From the NCBI GenBank assembly GCA_030390025.1, contig CM059431.1, positions 152,150,001 to 152,214,000 of the forward strand: 64,000 bases of DNA, in the 5' to 3' direction. Both the position numbers and the translations under genes were made by a program. Positions 25,233-40,200 of this stretch are shown in pieces; position 1 is the first letter of the stretch; each line of letters opens with the position of its first letter. Below the pieces are notes generated by a model. That model searched no databases and was not told the DNA's origin. It saw only the letters and a program-made list of their open reading frames with translations. The DNA comes from Squalus acanthias. Lineage: Eukaryota.

Positions 25233-28200
25233 ATGAGGGAAGAATATAGCGAGGAATGTCCAGTTTTTGAGAGACGATACGCAGAATGGGTGACTGTTTT
25301 TCGAAACACCTCCTTTCAGTCTGTAAGGATGGCCCCGATCTTCCGGTCGCCTGTCACTTTAATTCTCATCTCCACTCCCACTCTGATTTCTTAGGCCTCT
25401 TACACTGTTCCAATGAAGCGCAACGTATGCTCGAGGAACAGCACCTCATCTTTCAATTAGGCACTTTAAAGCCTTCTGGACTCAACTTCGAGTTCAACAA
25501 TTTCAGTTCAGATCCTCTGCCCCTATGTTTTTTCCCATTTTTTTCTCTCTCTCACATGTCATCTGTCGAATATTCAGCCATTGCCATTTGCAATTGATCT
25601 AGAGCCATCTTTTGTTTCTTAACTTGTCCCATTACCATCTCCTTTTGCCTTGCACCATCATCCCTTTTGTCTCTTAATCTCTCCTGCCTTCCATCCTATC
25701 AAAGATATTACCTTTTGTTCTTTCCTCCCATCCCCACTTTCCCAGGCCCTACACTTGCTTAAAAACCTGTTTAGCTCCAGATTTTTCCAATTATGACGAA
25801 GGGTCATCGACCTGAAACATTAACTTTGTTTCATCTCCACATTTGCTGCCTGACCTGCTGAGTATTTCCAGAATTTTCTGCTTTTATTTTCCATTATTTG
25901 AGGAGTTTTGAATGATGCTGAATACTATTCAGTCATCAGCGAACATCCCCATTTCTGACCTTATGTTGGATTGAAGGTCATTGATGAAGCAGCTGAAGAT
26001 GGTTGGGACTGGAACACTGCCCTGAGGAACTGCTGCAGCGATGACCTAGGGCTGTGATGATTGACCTTCAATGTGCCGTTTGATAGCACTTTCGATGACA
26101 CCTTCCATCACTTTGCTGATGACTGAGAGTGGACTGATGGGGTGGTAAATGGCCGGGTTGGATTTGTCCTGTTATTGTGGACAGGACATACCTGGGCATT
26201 TTTCTACATTGTTGGCTATATGCCAGTGTTGTAGCTGTTCTGTAACAGCTTGGCTGGAGGCGTGGCTAGTTCTGGAGCACAAGTCTTCAGCACGATAGCC
26301 GTGATGGTATCGGGGTGCATGGCCTTTCCTGCAGCCACCGCGCTCAGCCATTTCTTGATATCACGTAGAGTGAATCGAATTGGCAGAAGACAGTCTTCTG
26401 TGATGGTGGGATCCTCGGCAGTAGGCTGATATGGATCATCTACTCGTCACTTCTCGCTCAAGATGTTTGCAAGCCCTTCAACCTTGTCTTTTGCACTCAC
26501 TTGCTGGGCTCCAGCATCATTGAGGAAGGGGATATTCATGGTGCTACCTCCTCCCGTCAGTTGTTTAATGGTCCACCACCATTCACGACTGGATGTGGCA
26601 GGACTGCGGAGCTTTGATATGATCCGTTGATTGTGGGATCTCTTAACCCTGTCTACAGCCTGCTGCTTTCGCCTTTGCGACAGGTATATTGGTGAGGATG
26701 AGGTCAAGTAGATTTTTCCCTCGTGTTGATTTTCTCATCATCTGTTGCAGGCCCAGACTGACAGCTATGTCCTTCAGGACTCGGCCAGCTCGGTCAGCAG
26801 TGGTGCTACCGAGCCACTCTTGATGATGGACATTGAAGTCCCCCACCCATTCTGTGCCTTTGCCATTCTCAGTGCCTCTTCCAAGTGATGTTAAATATGG
26901 AGGAGTATTGATTTATCAGCTGAGGAAGGGCAGCAGGTGGTAATCAGCAGGAGGTTTCCTTGCTCATGCTTGTCCTGAATCCATGAGACTTCATGGGGTC
27001 TGGCGTCAATGTTGGGGAGTCCCAGGGGCAGTATTTCAAGCTGAGCTTTCCTGCTGTCTCAACAAAACTTATTAATGTGTTTATTTTCTAATGGCACTGC
27101 TTTCAAATGTAATTTGTCACTCTTTTTTTGGATTTATTCGACATTAAACTGTTTTACAGCATTCTGATCATTCCTCTGCAACATGCAATCATTCCTTTAC
27201 TACTTTTAGCTGCAGAAATTAAAGTAATCATGAAAGACATCAAAAACCTTGTTATTATTCTGTGATACTGTATAATCTTTCACCATTTAATAGATTCAGA
27301 AATTTAAATTCAATATGTCGCTCATGACATATGTTAATCTATTAAAATTCAAAAACTATTCAAGAAAAGCCATCCTTAAAATTTTCCACGAATAGTAAAT
27401 ACACAAATACTCTTCATGGGATCATAGAATCAAATAAACCTTCGGAGTCAGAAGTGCAGAACCCCAATGCAGGACTTCAATCAGAAATATGGGCTGAGAC
27501 TTCAGTGTAGGACTGAGAGAGTGCAGCATTGTTAGAGACAAAGTGCGTTGAATGAAATTTTAAAAGCGGGACCAATCTGCCTGCTGATAGTGTCTGTGTG
27601 GGAGAAATGTGAGCCGCTGAAAGCTGTTGCACAGAATTGAAAGCACGAACACACATAGCTCAGTCGGAAAACTATGAGACTTTTAATCTGATGGATCCAC
27701 GGTTAAAGTCCTTGTAGAGGTGCTGCTTTTGATCATCGCCCCGTTCTATTTGGTCAGGAGACAATAGGGGGCGGAATTGATGGAGAGATCAGCGCCTGCA
27801 ACATTCATGCCAAGATTACAGAAGTATTACAGATAACCACCATTATAAAACCATTCATTGTTTCTACTCTAAAGTTATGATGAACATGTATAAAACACTG
27901 GGTCGGCCTCAACTGGAGTATTGTGTCCAATTTTGGCCTCCGCACTTTAAGAAGGATGTTAAAGCTTTGCGAGGGTTCAGGAAAGATTGATAAGTATGGT
28001 TCCAGGGATAAGCGACTTCAGTTAGGTGGATAGACTGGAGAAGCTGGAGTTGTTCTATTGACAGCAGAGAAGGTTGCGGGAGATTTGATAGACGTGTTCA
28101 AAATCATGAGGGGTCTAGACAGAGTTGATAGAGATAAACTGTTCGCATCGGCAGAAGGGTCCAGAACCAGAGGGCACAGATTTAAGGTGATTGGCAGAAG

Positions 28201-31200
28201 AACCAAATCATGAGGAAAACCTTTTTTTACACAGCGTTTGGTTAGGATCTGGAATGCACTGCCTGAGAGAATGGTGGAGGCAGATTGAATCGTGGCTTCC
28301 AAAACGGAATTGAATAAGTACTTGAAGGAAAAAAAAATGTACGGCTGTGGGGAAAGGGCGGGGGAGTGGGGCTGGCTGAAGTGCTGTCGCATGGAGCTGG
28401 GAGGGGCCTCCTTCTGTGCTGTAATGAGTCTCGGAACACGTTACCGCAGCATGACCGCCTATTTCCACCTCCTTAACATTGCTCATCACCGCCCTTGCCT
28501 CAGCTCATCTGCTGCTAAACACTCATCCATGCCTTTGTTACATTTAGACTTTATTATTCCAACGCAATCCTGGCTGGCCTCCCACATTCTACCCAACATA
28601 AAACTGTCGTTATTCAAAACTCTGCTGCCCGTGTCCTAACTCGCACCAAGTCCCGTTCCCCCATCACTCCTGTGCTCACTGATCTACACTGGCTCCCGGT
28701 TAAGCAATGCCTCATTTACAAAATTCTCATCCGTGTTTTCAATTCCCTCCTTGGCCTCGCCCCTTCCTATCTCTGTAATCTCGTTCAGCCCCACAACCCC
28801 TGCCCCCACAGTTTTCTACGCTCCTCTAATTTTGCCCTCTTAAGCATCCCTGATTATAATCGCTCAACAATTGCTGGCCGTGCCTTCTGTTGCCTTGGCC
28901 GTAAAGTCTGAAATTCCTTGTCTAACCCTCTCTGCCTCGCACCGTTCTTTCCTCCTTTAAGATGCTCCTTAAAACATACATCTTTGACAAAGCTTTTGGT
29001 CACCTGCCCTAATTGCTCCTCATGTGGCTGGGTTTCAAATGTTTGGTCTTATAATACTCCTGTGCAGCGCCTAGGAGCGACTTATTACGTTAAAGGCGCT
29101 ATATAAATACAAGTTGTTGTTGTAGCCATTGCATGATTCTATGATAAAGGAAACGTTATCGGTTATTTAAGCTGGGGCGTCTCAGTCCACTATCTGCAGT
29201 GTAAGGCAGTTAACGCTGATGCCCACATGTTCTACTTTGACCAGTATGTTCTTGGCCCAACTAGGACGGAGGCATTGCTGGATCTGGTGCTGCGGGCTGA
29301 GGTGGGTCAGTTCGACCAAGTGCCTGTTGGAGAACACTTCGATACGAGTGATCATCGTAACATAAGATTTAGATTAGCAATGGAGAAGAGCAAGGACTTA
29401 TCTAGTCTGGAGCTCCTAAACTGGAATAGGGCTAATTTCAATGGGATGCGAAAGGATCGACCCAGGGTTAACTGGAACGAAAAACTTACAGCAAAATACT
29501 GCAACAGAACAATAGGTGATCTTTAATGAGGAGATGTTCCAATTAGAGGCTAGGTACATTCCAACAAGTGGAAAGGGTAAGGGAACCAAAACACGGGCTC
29601 CTTGGATGACGAAGGAGAAGGAGAAGCTGGTGAAACAAAAAAATGGGTGTATGATTCATGTCAGGTGAATTCATCAAGGGAAAATCAGATCAAATACAAT
29701 AAATTGAGATGGGAAGTGAAGATGAAAATAAGATTGGAAAGAGAGAATATGAGAGTAGAATGGCGGTTAACATAAAAGGGATACCAAAAATCTTCTACCG
29801 GCGGGTAAACAGTAAGCGGGTAGTAAGAGGCAGGGTGGGACTTATTAGAGACAAAGAAGGTGATAGTTGCTTAAAGGCACAGGACAAGGGAAGAATAGTC
29901 AATGAATAATTTGTATCGGTGTTTACTAAGGAGGTGAATGCTGACAAAATATTGGCAGATTTGGAAAAGCTAGAAGCAATGGAAGGGGTGAAAATTGATA
30001 GACAGGGGGTCCTAGAAAGGCTGGGTATGCTTAGAGTGAATAAGTCGCCTGCTCATGATGGCTTGCATCCCAGCTTGCTAAGGGAATTGGGGGAGGAGAT
30101 AGCGGAAGAGCTTGGCATAATTTTCCATTCTCCCCTAGGTGCGGAGGTGGTACCTGATGATTGCAAAGTGACAAATATGACACTATTGTTCAAGAAAGGG
30201 TGTAAGGATAATCCTATTAACTACAGGCTGGTCAGTTTAACATCAATGCTGGGTAAAGTTTTAAAAACAATAATTAAGCAAAATGTTAACGGGCACTTGG
30301 AGGGGTTTAAGCGAATTAAGGAGTGCGAACACGGATCTGTAAAAGGCCGATCGTGTTTGACTCATCTCATTGAATTTTTTGATGAAGTAACAGGCAGGAT
30401 TGATGAAGGGAATGCAATGAATGTTGTCTACATGGATTTTCGGAAGGCTTTTGACAAAGTACCACATATGAGGCTGGGTAACAAAATTGAGCCTCATGGA
30501 AAAGGTGGGTCAGTGGCAGCTTGGATAAGGAATTGGCTTAAGGGTAGAAAACAGCCAGTTGTGGTAAATGGCTATTTTTCAGACTGGAGGATAGTAGACT
30601 GTAGAGTTCCCCAATGGTTAGTGCTGGGGTCAATACTTTTTTCATATATATAACTGACTTAAATATTGAAATACAGCGTAGAATTTCTAAATTTGCCGAT
30701 GACTCCAAACTTTGGGGTGTGGCAATCAGTGAGGAATATAACAATCGACTGCAGCAGTACATAGTTTTGCTTGCAGAATGGGCAGACAAGTGGCAGATGG
30801 AATTTAATACAGAGAAGTGTGAGGTGATGCATTTTCGCAGCAGGATCAGGGAGAAGCAATATATACTTAATGACACAGTTTTAAAGAGTGTGCAGGGACA
30901 GAGCGACCTTGGAGTTTAATGTGGATATACCCCTGAAGGTGGCAGGATATATTGAGAGAGTGGTTAGCAAAGCATATGGGATCTTGAGCTTCATACATAG
31001 AGGTATTGAGTACCAAAGTAGCGAAGTTATGCTGAAACTTTTTAAAGCGCTTGTGAGGCCACAATTGGAGTATTGCGTCGAGTTCTGGCCACCACAATTT
31101 AGGAAGAATCTGAAGTCCCTTTTGAGGGTGCAGAGGAGATTTGCCGGAATGGATCCGGGGATAGGGGATCTCAGCTGCAAGGGCAGGCTGGAGAAGATGG

Positions 31201-31210
31201 ATTTGTTTTA
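25232..31210 (+). repeat. Segmental duplication unit B, truncated and lacking the GPCR
   Basis: Colinear with 51580-60700 apart from internal deletions. Ends inside the shared CR1 at an inverted CR1 insertion. Confidence 0.85.
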
Positions 31211-33060
31211 TAGTGTTATAGAGTTATACAGCACAGAAAGAAGCTCTTCGGTCCATCGTGTCCGCGCCGAACATCAAGCCCTGACTACTCTAATCCCATT
31301 TTCCAGCACTTGTTCCGTAGCCTTTCTATGCTATGGCGTTTCAAGTGCTTATCTAAATACTTCTTGAATGTTGTGAGGGTTCCTCCCTCTGCCACCCTTT
31401 CAGGCAGTGAGTTCCAGATTCCAACCACCCTCTGGGTGGAAAAGTTTTGCCTCAAATCCCCTCTAAATCCCCTGCCCCTTACCATGACACTAAGCCCCCT
31501 GGTTATTGAACCCTCAACAAAGGGAAAAAGTTCATTTCTATCTACCCTATCTATGCCCCTCATAATTTTGTACACCACAATCAGGCCCCTCCTCAGCCTT
31601 CACTGATCTAAGGAAAACAACCCCAGCCTGTCCAGTCTCTCTTCATAGCTGAAGCGCTCCAGCCAAGGTAACATCCTTGTGAATCTCCCCTGCACCGTCT
31701 CCAATGCAATCACATCCTTCCTCTAATGTGGCGACCAGAACTGCACATAGTATTCCAGCTGTGGCCTAACTGGCGTTTTGTACAGTTGCATCACAAGCTC
31801 TCTGCTCAGATATTCTGTGCCTCGGCGAATGAAGGCAAGTATCCTATATGCCTTTTTTAACCACCTTATCAACATGTCCTGCTGCCTTCAGGGATCTATG
31901 TACATGCACACCAAAGTCCCGCTGATCCTCTGTCCTTCCTAGGGTCCGACCATTCATTGTGTATTCTCTTGCCTTGTTAGTCCTCCAAAAATGCATCACC
32001 TCACAATTTTCATGGTTAAATTCCATTTGCCACTGTTCTGCTCATCCGAGCAATCCATCTATATCGTCCAAAAAGCGTGAGGTTTCCCTCCTCGCTATTT
32101 ACCACTCCATCAATTTTCGTGTCGTCTGCGAACTTAATGCTCATACCTCCTACATTTATATGTAAATCATTAATGTACACTACAAACAGAAAATGACCCA
32201 GCACCGATACCTGCGGTACACCACTGGACACAGGCTTCCAGTCAGAAAAAAACTCCTTCGACCATTACCCTCTGCCTCCTGCCACCAAGCCAATTTTGGA
32301 TCCATTGTGCCAAATGCCCTGGATCCCATTGGCTCTTAACTTCTTGACCAGTCTCCCATGCGGGACTTTGTCAAAAGCCTTACTGATGTCCATGTAGACC
32401 ACATCAACTGCACTACCCTTATCCACACACCTAGTCACCCCCTCGAATAATTCAATCAAATTGGTTAGACATGATTTCCCCCTGACAAAGCCATGCTGAC
32501 TATCCTTGCCTAATCCTTGCCTCTCCAAGTGGAGACTAATTCTGTCCCTCAGAATTTTTTCCAATAATATCCCTACCACTGATGTTAGGCTCACTGGTCT
32601 GCAATTACTTGGTTTACCCTCAATACCCTTCTTGAATAATGGTACTACGCTGGCTGTCCTCCAGTCCTCTGGCACCTCCCTTGTGGCCAGGGAGGTTCTG
32701 AAAATTTGTGTCTGAGCCCCTGCAATCTGCTCCCTCGCCTCACACAGCAGCCTGGGATGCATCTCCTCTGGTCCTGGGTATGTATCCAATTTTAAGCCCT
32801 CTAAAGCTGTAGTATCTCCTCCCCCTCAGTACAAATTTGTTCAAGTATATCACAATCTCCCTGCCTGATTGTTATGCCTACATCGTCCTTCTCCATAGTG
32901 AACGCAGATGCAAAATATTCATTTAAAACCTCACCTGCATCTTCCGGCTCTATGCACAGATAGCCACTTTGTTCCCTAATGGGCCCTACTCTCTTCCTGG
33001 TTATCCTCTTTACCTTAATATACTTACAAAACACCTTGGGATTGTCCTTTAATTTGCCCG
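31210..33060 (-). mobile_element. CR1 ORF2 3' half, inverted; marks the truncation of unit B
   Basis: RT motifs (AFDKVPH, KFADDTKI) and a tail at ~31211. Confidence 0.88.
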
Positions 33061-34255
33061 GATCAATAGGATCAGGGAGATGAATGCTTATCTCAAAGAT
33101 TGGTGTGGGAAAAGTGGGTTTCGATTTGTGGGGCACTGGCACAGTACTGGGGAAAGATGGAGGTGTTCCGTTGTGACCGACGTCACCTGTACCATGCTGG
33201 GACCAGAGTTCTAGCGAATCGAATACTTGGGAGGTAGATAGGACATTCAACTAAATAACGGGGTTTGAGGGATGGGGGGGGGGGGCTGGTGCGCGGGCAG
33301 GGGAGAGGGACCAGGTGGAGGAAAATCTGGAATGCTAAAGAGAAAAGACAAGGAAGCAGTGCCTGAAAGTGATTGGGGTGAGGGTAACCTATTGGTGTAA
33401 GGAAGGGAGGAGCATACAAACAAAGGAGTGCACGTACAAATAGGGTCCGGGTAAGAAAAAATGGTCAGACAAATAGGGCAATAGTACAAAAAAAGTTAAG
33501 ATGCCTAAAAATGTTAAAAAGACAAATCTAAAGGCACTGTGTCTGAATGCACGAATCATTCGTAATGAGGTTGTGGAATTAAGAACGCAAATAGATGTAA
33601 ACCGATACGATATAATTGCGTTCATGGAGACATGGCAGCAGGGTGACCAAGGCTGGGAGCTGAATATCCAAGCATATTCGATATTTAGGAAGGACAGGCA
33701 AAAAGTAAAAGGAGGTGGGGTGGCGTTGTTAATAAAGAAGGAAATCCGAGCAAGAGTGAGAAAGGATTTTGGCTCAGAATATCAAAATGTAGAATCAGTC
33801 TGGGTGGAGCTAAGAATCACCAAGGGGCAGAAAACATTGGTGGGATTCTTCTATAGGCCTTCAAACAGTAGTGGTAATGTAGGGGATGGCATCACACTGG
33901 AAGTTAGAGATTCTTTTATCAAGGATACTGCATTAATCATGGGTGGCTGTAATCCAAATATAGACTGGCCAACCTAAATTAGCAATAATACTCTGGAGCA
34001 TGAATTCCTGGAGTTTGGACGAGATGATTTTTTAGACCAGTACGTTGAGGAGTCAACTCGGGAACAGGCTATCCTAGATTGGGAATTGCGCAATGAGAAG
34101 GGGTTAATTAATAATCTTGTTGTGCGGGATCCTTTAGCGAAGATTGACCGTAACATGAGAGAATTCTTCATCAAGATGGAAAGTGAAGAAGTCCATTCCG
34201 AAACCAGGGTCCTAAATCTGAACAAAGGAAACTACGAAGGTATGAGGAGTGAGTT
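33060..34255 (+). mobile_element. CR1 fragment covering the ORF1 end and EN domain
   Basis: LKALCLNAR.IRN...DIIAF.ETW; closely similar to 20301-21455. Confidence 0.85.
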
Positions 34256-37200
34256 CATTCCCATAAGAACATAAGAACAGAACAAGTAGGAGCAGGAGTA
34301 GGCCATTCGGCCCCTCGAGCCTGCTCCGCCATTCAATAAGATCATCGTTGATCTTCTACCTCATCTCCACTTTCCTGCACTATCCCCATATCCCTTGATT
34401 CCCTTAATATTCAAAAATTCATCGATCTCTGTCTTGAATATACTCAACGACTGAGCCTCCACAACCATCTGCGGTAGAGAAATCCAAAGGTTTACCACTC
34501 TCTGAGTGGTGAACTTTCTCCACATCTCAGTCCTAAATGGCCGACCCCTTATTCTGAGACTGTGCCCCATGGGTTCTAGACTCCCCAACCAGGGGAAACA
34601 TCCTACCTGAATCTACCCTGTCAAGCGCTTTAAGAATGTTGTTTGTTTCAATGAGATGACCTCTCATTCTTCTAAACTCTATGGAATATAGGCCTAGTCT
34701 ACTCAATCTCTCCTCATAGAACAATCCCACCACATCCCAGGAATCAGTCCGGTGAACCTTCGTTGCATGTCCTCTCTGACAAGTACATTCTTCCTTAGGT
34801 AAATATACCAAAACGACTCCATTTGCCATGTTCTTGCCCACTAAATTCGCCTATCTCTAGCCCTTGGAGCCTCCTTGCATCCTCCTCACAACTTACATCC
34901 CACACAAGCATGTATCATCAGCACACATAGATACATTATGTTTGAACCCCTCAACCAAGTCATTGATATAGAATGTGAATATCTGAGACCCAATCATAGA
35001 TCCTTGCGGTAACCAACTAGTTACAGCCTGCCAACCTGAAAATGACCCGTTTATTCTTACTCTCTGTTTCCGGTCCGTTAACCAATCCTCAATACATATT
35101 ACCCCGAATCCCATGAGTCCTAATTCTCTTCAAATTCCTCTTGTGTGGTACCTTATCCAATGCCTTCTGAAAATCCAAATATACCACGTCCACTGGCTCT
35201 CACTTTACTATTCTGCTAGTTACAACTCCAAAACATAATAACAGATTCGTCAAACACGATTTATCTTTCATAAATCCGTGTTCCCTCCTACTGATGTCAC
35301 ATATTAATCTATTGAACTTCAAGAACTGGTCAGAAATGCCATCCTGAAAAGTTCAGTCGGTAGATCATCAGACCGTTAATCTGAGGGTCTCGGGTTCTAT
35401 CCTGCTATGCAATTAAAACTCATTATTATGAGTCAAACGTTTGCCACAAGACCTGATTGTTTCAAATATAATGGGCTGCATGGAAGATGGAATTGAGCAT
35501 TTTGATTTAAAAGCAGTGCCTGTATAGGGGCTTGAACCCTGGACACACAGATTAAAACTGTTACGCTCCTGCCCCTGTTTAATATTGCTCACCCAGATCC
35601 CAATGGAAGGACACGCTTTACCTGCTGACATTGAACATGATTTCGGTCGCATCCTGCCTTCCCAACTTTATTATTGGTTCAAGGGCTGTGGGCGTCGCTG
35701 GTATGCTGACACAAAGGATTTCCTAATGGGCCTGCTGCTTACATGTTGAGCACATCTTTCAAGTTACCTCAGATTGTCAGTATTGCCTGATCTATAATCA
35801 TTTTAAAAGATCCCTTCCTAATAATAATGTCTGTCTCTTAATAAATTGAATAACTTACATATATGTGCACTTCCTGTCTACAAAACCTCAATATACCCTT
35901 GCAAGTTTCTTTCACACTTTTGTGTCGAATATTTCGCTCATTTTAAAATCTCTTGCCCAGATTTAGGACTGAAACGGCCCCTGTAAACAGGTCACGCTGT
36001 AGTTGCGCTCTGTCGCCAGTGGTGACGCTGTAGAGTCTCCGTTTCGCATCTTCCTTCGCAGTCAGAAGCGCTAAACCCCAATGCAGGACTTCAACCGAAA
36101 TATGGGCTGACACTTCAGTGCAGGACTGAGAGAGTGCAGCATTGTTAGCGACACTGCCCGTTGAATAAATCTTAAAAAGCCGGACCAATCTGCCCGCTGA
36201 CAGTGTCTGTGTGGGAGAAATGTGAGCCGCTGAAAGCTGTTGCACAGTATTGAATGCATGATCATACTTAGTTCAGTCGGACAACGATGATACTTTTAAT
36301 CTGATGGATCCGGGGTTCAAGTCCTTGTACAGGTGCTGCTTTTTAACAGGGCCCCGTTCTATTTGGTCAGGAGACAATGGGGGACGGAATTGCTGGGGAG
36401 ACCAGCGCCTGCAACATTCAGACCAAGATAACAGAAGAATTACAGATAACCACCTTTATAAAACCCTTTATTGTTTCAACACTAATGTTATGATGAACAT
36501 TTATAAAACACTGGGTCGGCCTCACATGGAGCATTGTGTCCAATTCTGGCCTCCACACTTTCGGAAGGATGTCAAAGCTTTGAGAGGGTTCAGGAAAGAT
36601 GGACAAGAATGGTTCCAGGGATGAGCGACTTCAGTTACGTGGATAGACTGGAGAAGCTGGGGCTTTTCTCCTGACAGCAGAGAAGTTGATTTGATAGAGT
36701 TGTTCAAAATCATGAGGGGTCTAGACAGAGTTGATAGAGAAAAACTGTTCCCATTGGCAGAAGGGTCCAGAACCAGAGGGCACAGATTTAAGCTGATTGG
36801 CAGAAGAACCGAAGACGACATGAGGAAAAACATTTATTTTCTCAGCGAGAGGTTAGGATCTGGAATGCCCTGCCTGAGAGAGTGGTGGAGGCAGATTGAA
36901 TCGTGGCTTTCAAAACGGAATTGGATAAGTACCTGAAGGAACAAAATTGCAGTGCTAGCGGGAAAGGGCGGGGGAGTGGGACTCGCTGAAGTGCTGTTAC
37001 AGGGAGCCGGAAAGGGCCTCCTTCTGCGCTGTAATGAGCTTCCGAACACATATCCGCAGCATAACAAAGAATCACATATTTCCACATCCGTAACATCGCC
37101 CTTCTCCACCCTTGTCTCAGCTCATCTGCTGCTAAACACTCATCCATGCCTTTGTTACATCTAGACTTGATTATTCCAACGCACTCCTGGCTGGCCTTCA

Positions 37201-40200
37201 CATTCTACCTTACATAAACTTGAGGTCATCCAAAACTTTGCTGCCCGTGTCCTAACTCGCACCAAGTCCCGTTCACCGATCACCCCTGTGCTCACTGACC
37301 TACACTGGCTCCCGGTTAAGCAACGCTTCATTTTCAAAATTATCATTCTTGTTTTCAAATCCCTGCAAGGCCTCGCCCCTTCCTATCTCTGTAATCTCGT
37401 TCAGCCCCACAACGCCCCCCAGATACCTTTTCTCCTCTAATTCTGCCCTCTTGAGCATCCCTGATTATAATCGCTCAACAATTGGTTGCCGTGCCTTCTG
37501 TTGCCTCGGCCCTAAGCCCTGAAATTCCCTGCCTAAATCTCCCTGCCTCGCTACCTCTCTTTTCTTCTTTAAGATGCTACTTAAAACCTACCTCTTTGAA
37601 CAAGCTTTTGGTCACCTGCCCTAGTTGCTCCTCATGTGTCTCGGTGTCAATGTTTTTGACTCATAATACTCCTGTGCAGCACCTTCGGACATTTTACTAC
37701 GTTAAAGGCGCTATATAAATACAAGTAGCTGTTTTTGTTGCTGTAATCATTCTATGATTATATGATAAAGGAAACTTTATCGGTTATTTAAGCTGCGGTG
37801 TCTCATTCCAGTACCTGCAGTGTAAGGCAGTTAACGCTGACGTCTACATGTTCTACTTTGACCAGTATGTTCTTGGCACAAACAGGACGGTGGCATTGCT
37901 GGATCTGGTGCTGGGGTCTGAGGTGGGTCAGATCGACCAAGTATCTGTTGGAGAACACTTGGATACGAGTGATCATCGTATCATTAGATTTAGATTAGCA
38001 ATGGAGAAGAGCAAGGAACAATCAAGTGTGGGAATATTAAACTGGAATAGGGCTAATTTCAATGGAATGCGAAAGGATCTAGCCAGGGTAAAATCGAACG
38101 AAAAACTTAGCGTAAAACTGTAACGGAACAATGGGTCATCGTTAAGGAGGAGATGTTCCAAGTACAGGCTAGGTACGTTCCAACAAGAAGAAAGGGTAAG
38201 GGAACCAAAGCAAGGGCTCCTTGGATGACGAGGGAGTTGGAGAATATGCTGAAGCAAAAAAGAGGGCATATGATGCATGTCAGGTGAATTCTTCAAGGGA
38301 GAATCAGAACAAATACAATAAGAAGAGATGGGAAGTGAATATGAAAATAAGATTGGCAAAGAGAGAAAATGAGAGTAGAGTGGCAGTTAACATAAAAGGG
38401 AACACACAAACCTTCTACCGACATGTGAACAGTTAGCGGGTAGTAAGAGGCAGGGTGCGGGTTATTAGGGACAAAGAAGGTGATATATACTTAGAGGCGC
38501 AGTACAAGGGTAGAATGCACAATGAGTACTTTTTATCGGTGTTTTCTAAGGAGGTGGATGCTGACAGAATATTGGCAGAAGTGGAAAAGGTAGAAGCAAT
38601 GGAAGGGGTGAAAATTGATCGACAGTATGTACTAGAAAGGCTGGGTATGAATCGAGTGTATTAGTCGAATGGTCCAGATGACTTGCATCCCTGGTTGCTC
38701 AGGGAATTGGGGGAGGAGATAGCGGAAGGGCTTGCCATAATTTTCCAATCTTCCCTAGATGCGGTGGTGGTGCATGAGGACTGGAAAGTGATAAATGTGA
38801 CATCATTGTTCAAGAAAGCGTGTAAGGACAATCATAGTAACTACAGGCCGGTCAGTTTAACATCAGTGGTGGGTAAAGTTTTAGAAACAATAATCAAGGG
38901 AAAAGTTAAAGGGCACCAGGAGAGGTTTAAGCTAATTAAGGAGAGCCAACACAGATTTGTAAAAGGCAGATCGTGTTAGACTCATCTGATTGCATTTTAT
39001 GATGAAGTAACAGGGAGGATTGATGAAGGGAATGAAATAGATGTTGTCTACATTGATTTTCGGAAGGCGATTGAAAAAGTATCACATGGAAGGCTGGTTA
39101 ACAAAATTGAGGCTCATGGAATAGGTGGGTCAGTGGCAGCTTGGATAAGGAATTGGCTTAAGAATAGAAAACAGCGAGTTGTGGTAAATGGCTGTTTTTC
39201 AGACTGGAGGATGGCAGACAGTGGTGTTCCCCAAGGGTCAGTGCTGGGGCCCCGGTTTTTTGATGTAAAAAATTGACTTGGAGATTGAAATACAGCGTAG
39301 AATTTCTAAATTTGCCGATGACACCAAACTTGGCGGTGTGACAAAGTGTGAGGATGTTACCAATCGACTGCAGCAGTCCATAGTTAGACTTGCAGAATGG
39401 ACAGACAAGTGGCAGATGGAATTTAATACAGAGATGTGTGAGGTGATGCATTTTGGCAGAAGGATCAGGGAGAAGCAATACACCCTTAATGGCACAGTTT
39501 TAATGAATGTGCAGGGTCGGAAGGACTTGGGAGTTAATGTGCATAAATCCCTGAAGGTGGCAGGACATATTGAGTGAGTGGTTAGCAATGCATATGAGAT
39601 TTTGGGCTTCATAAATAGAGGTATTGAGTACAAAAGTTATGAAGTTATGCTGAATCTTTATAAAAAGCTGGTTAGGCCACAATTGGAGTATTGCTTCCAG
39701 TTCTGGTCACCACAATTTAGGAATGATGTGAATGCCCTTGAGAGGGTGCAGAGGAGATTTACCAGAATGGTTCCGGGGATGGGGGATCTTGGCGACAAGG
39801 ACAGATTGAGAAGCTGGATTTCTTTTCATTGGAGCAAAGTCGGTTTGATAAAGGTTCACAAATTTATCGCGGGTATGGATAGGCTGGATGTAGAAATGCC
39901 GGTCCCACTAGTTGATGGTACAAGGACTGGGGGACACAGATTTAAGATTTTGTGCAGGACATACAGGGGGAATGTGAGGATAAACTTTTTTACGCAGGAA
40001 GTGGTGAGGAGCTGGAACTCGCTGCCGACGGAAGTGGTCGAAGCGGAGACACTCAATTTTTTCAAGGGCAGGCTGTATAGGAACTTGAGGGAAATAAATT
40101 TGCAGGGCTACGGGGATAGAGCGGGGGAATGGGACTTACTGGATTGCTATACAGAGAGCCGGCACATACTCGATGGGCCGAATGGCCGCCTTCTGTGCCG

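Noticed and set aside
33274..33290. Poly-G run
   Set aside because: It lies in the variable inter-ORF region of a CR1 fragment; no evidence of function.
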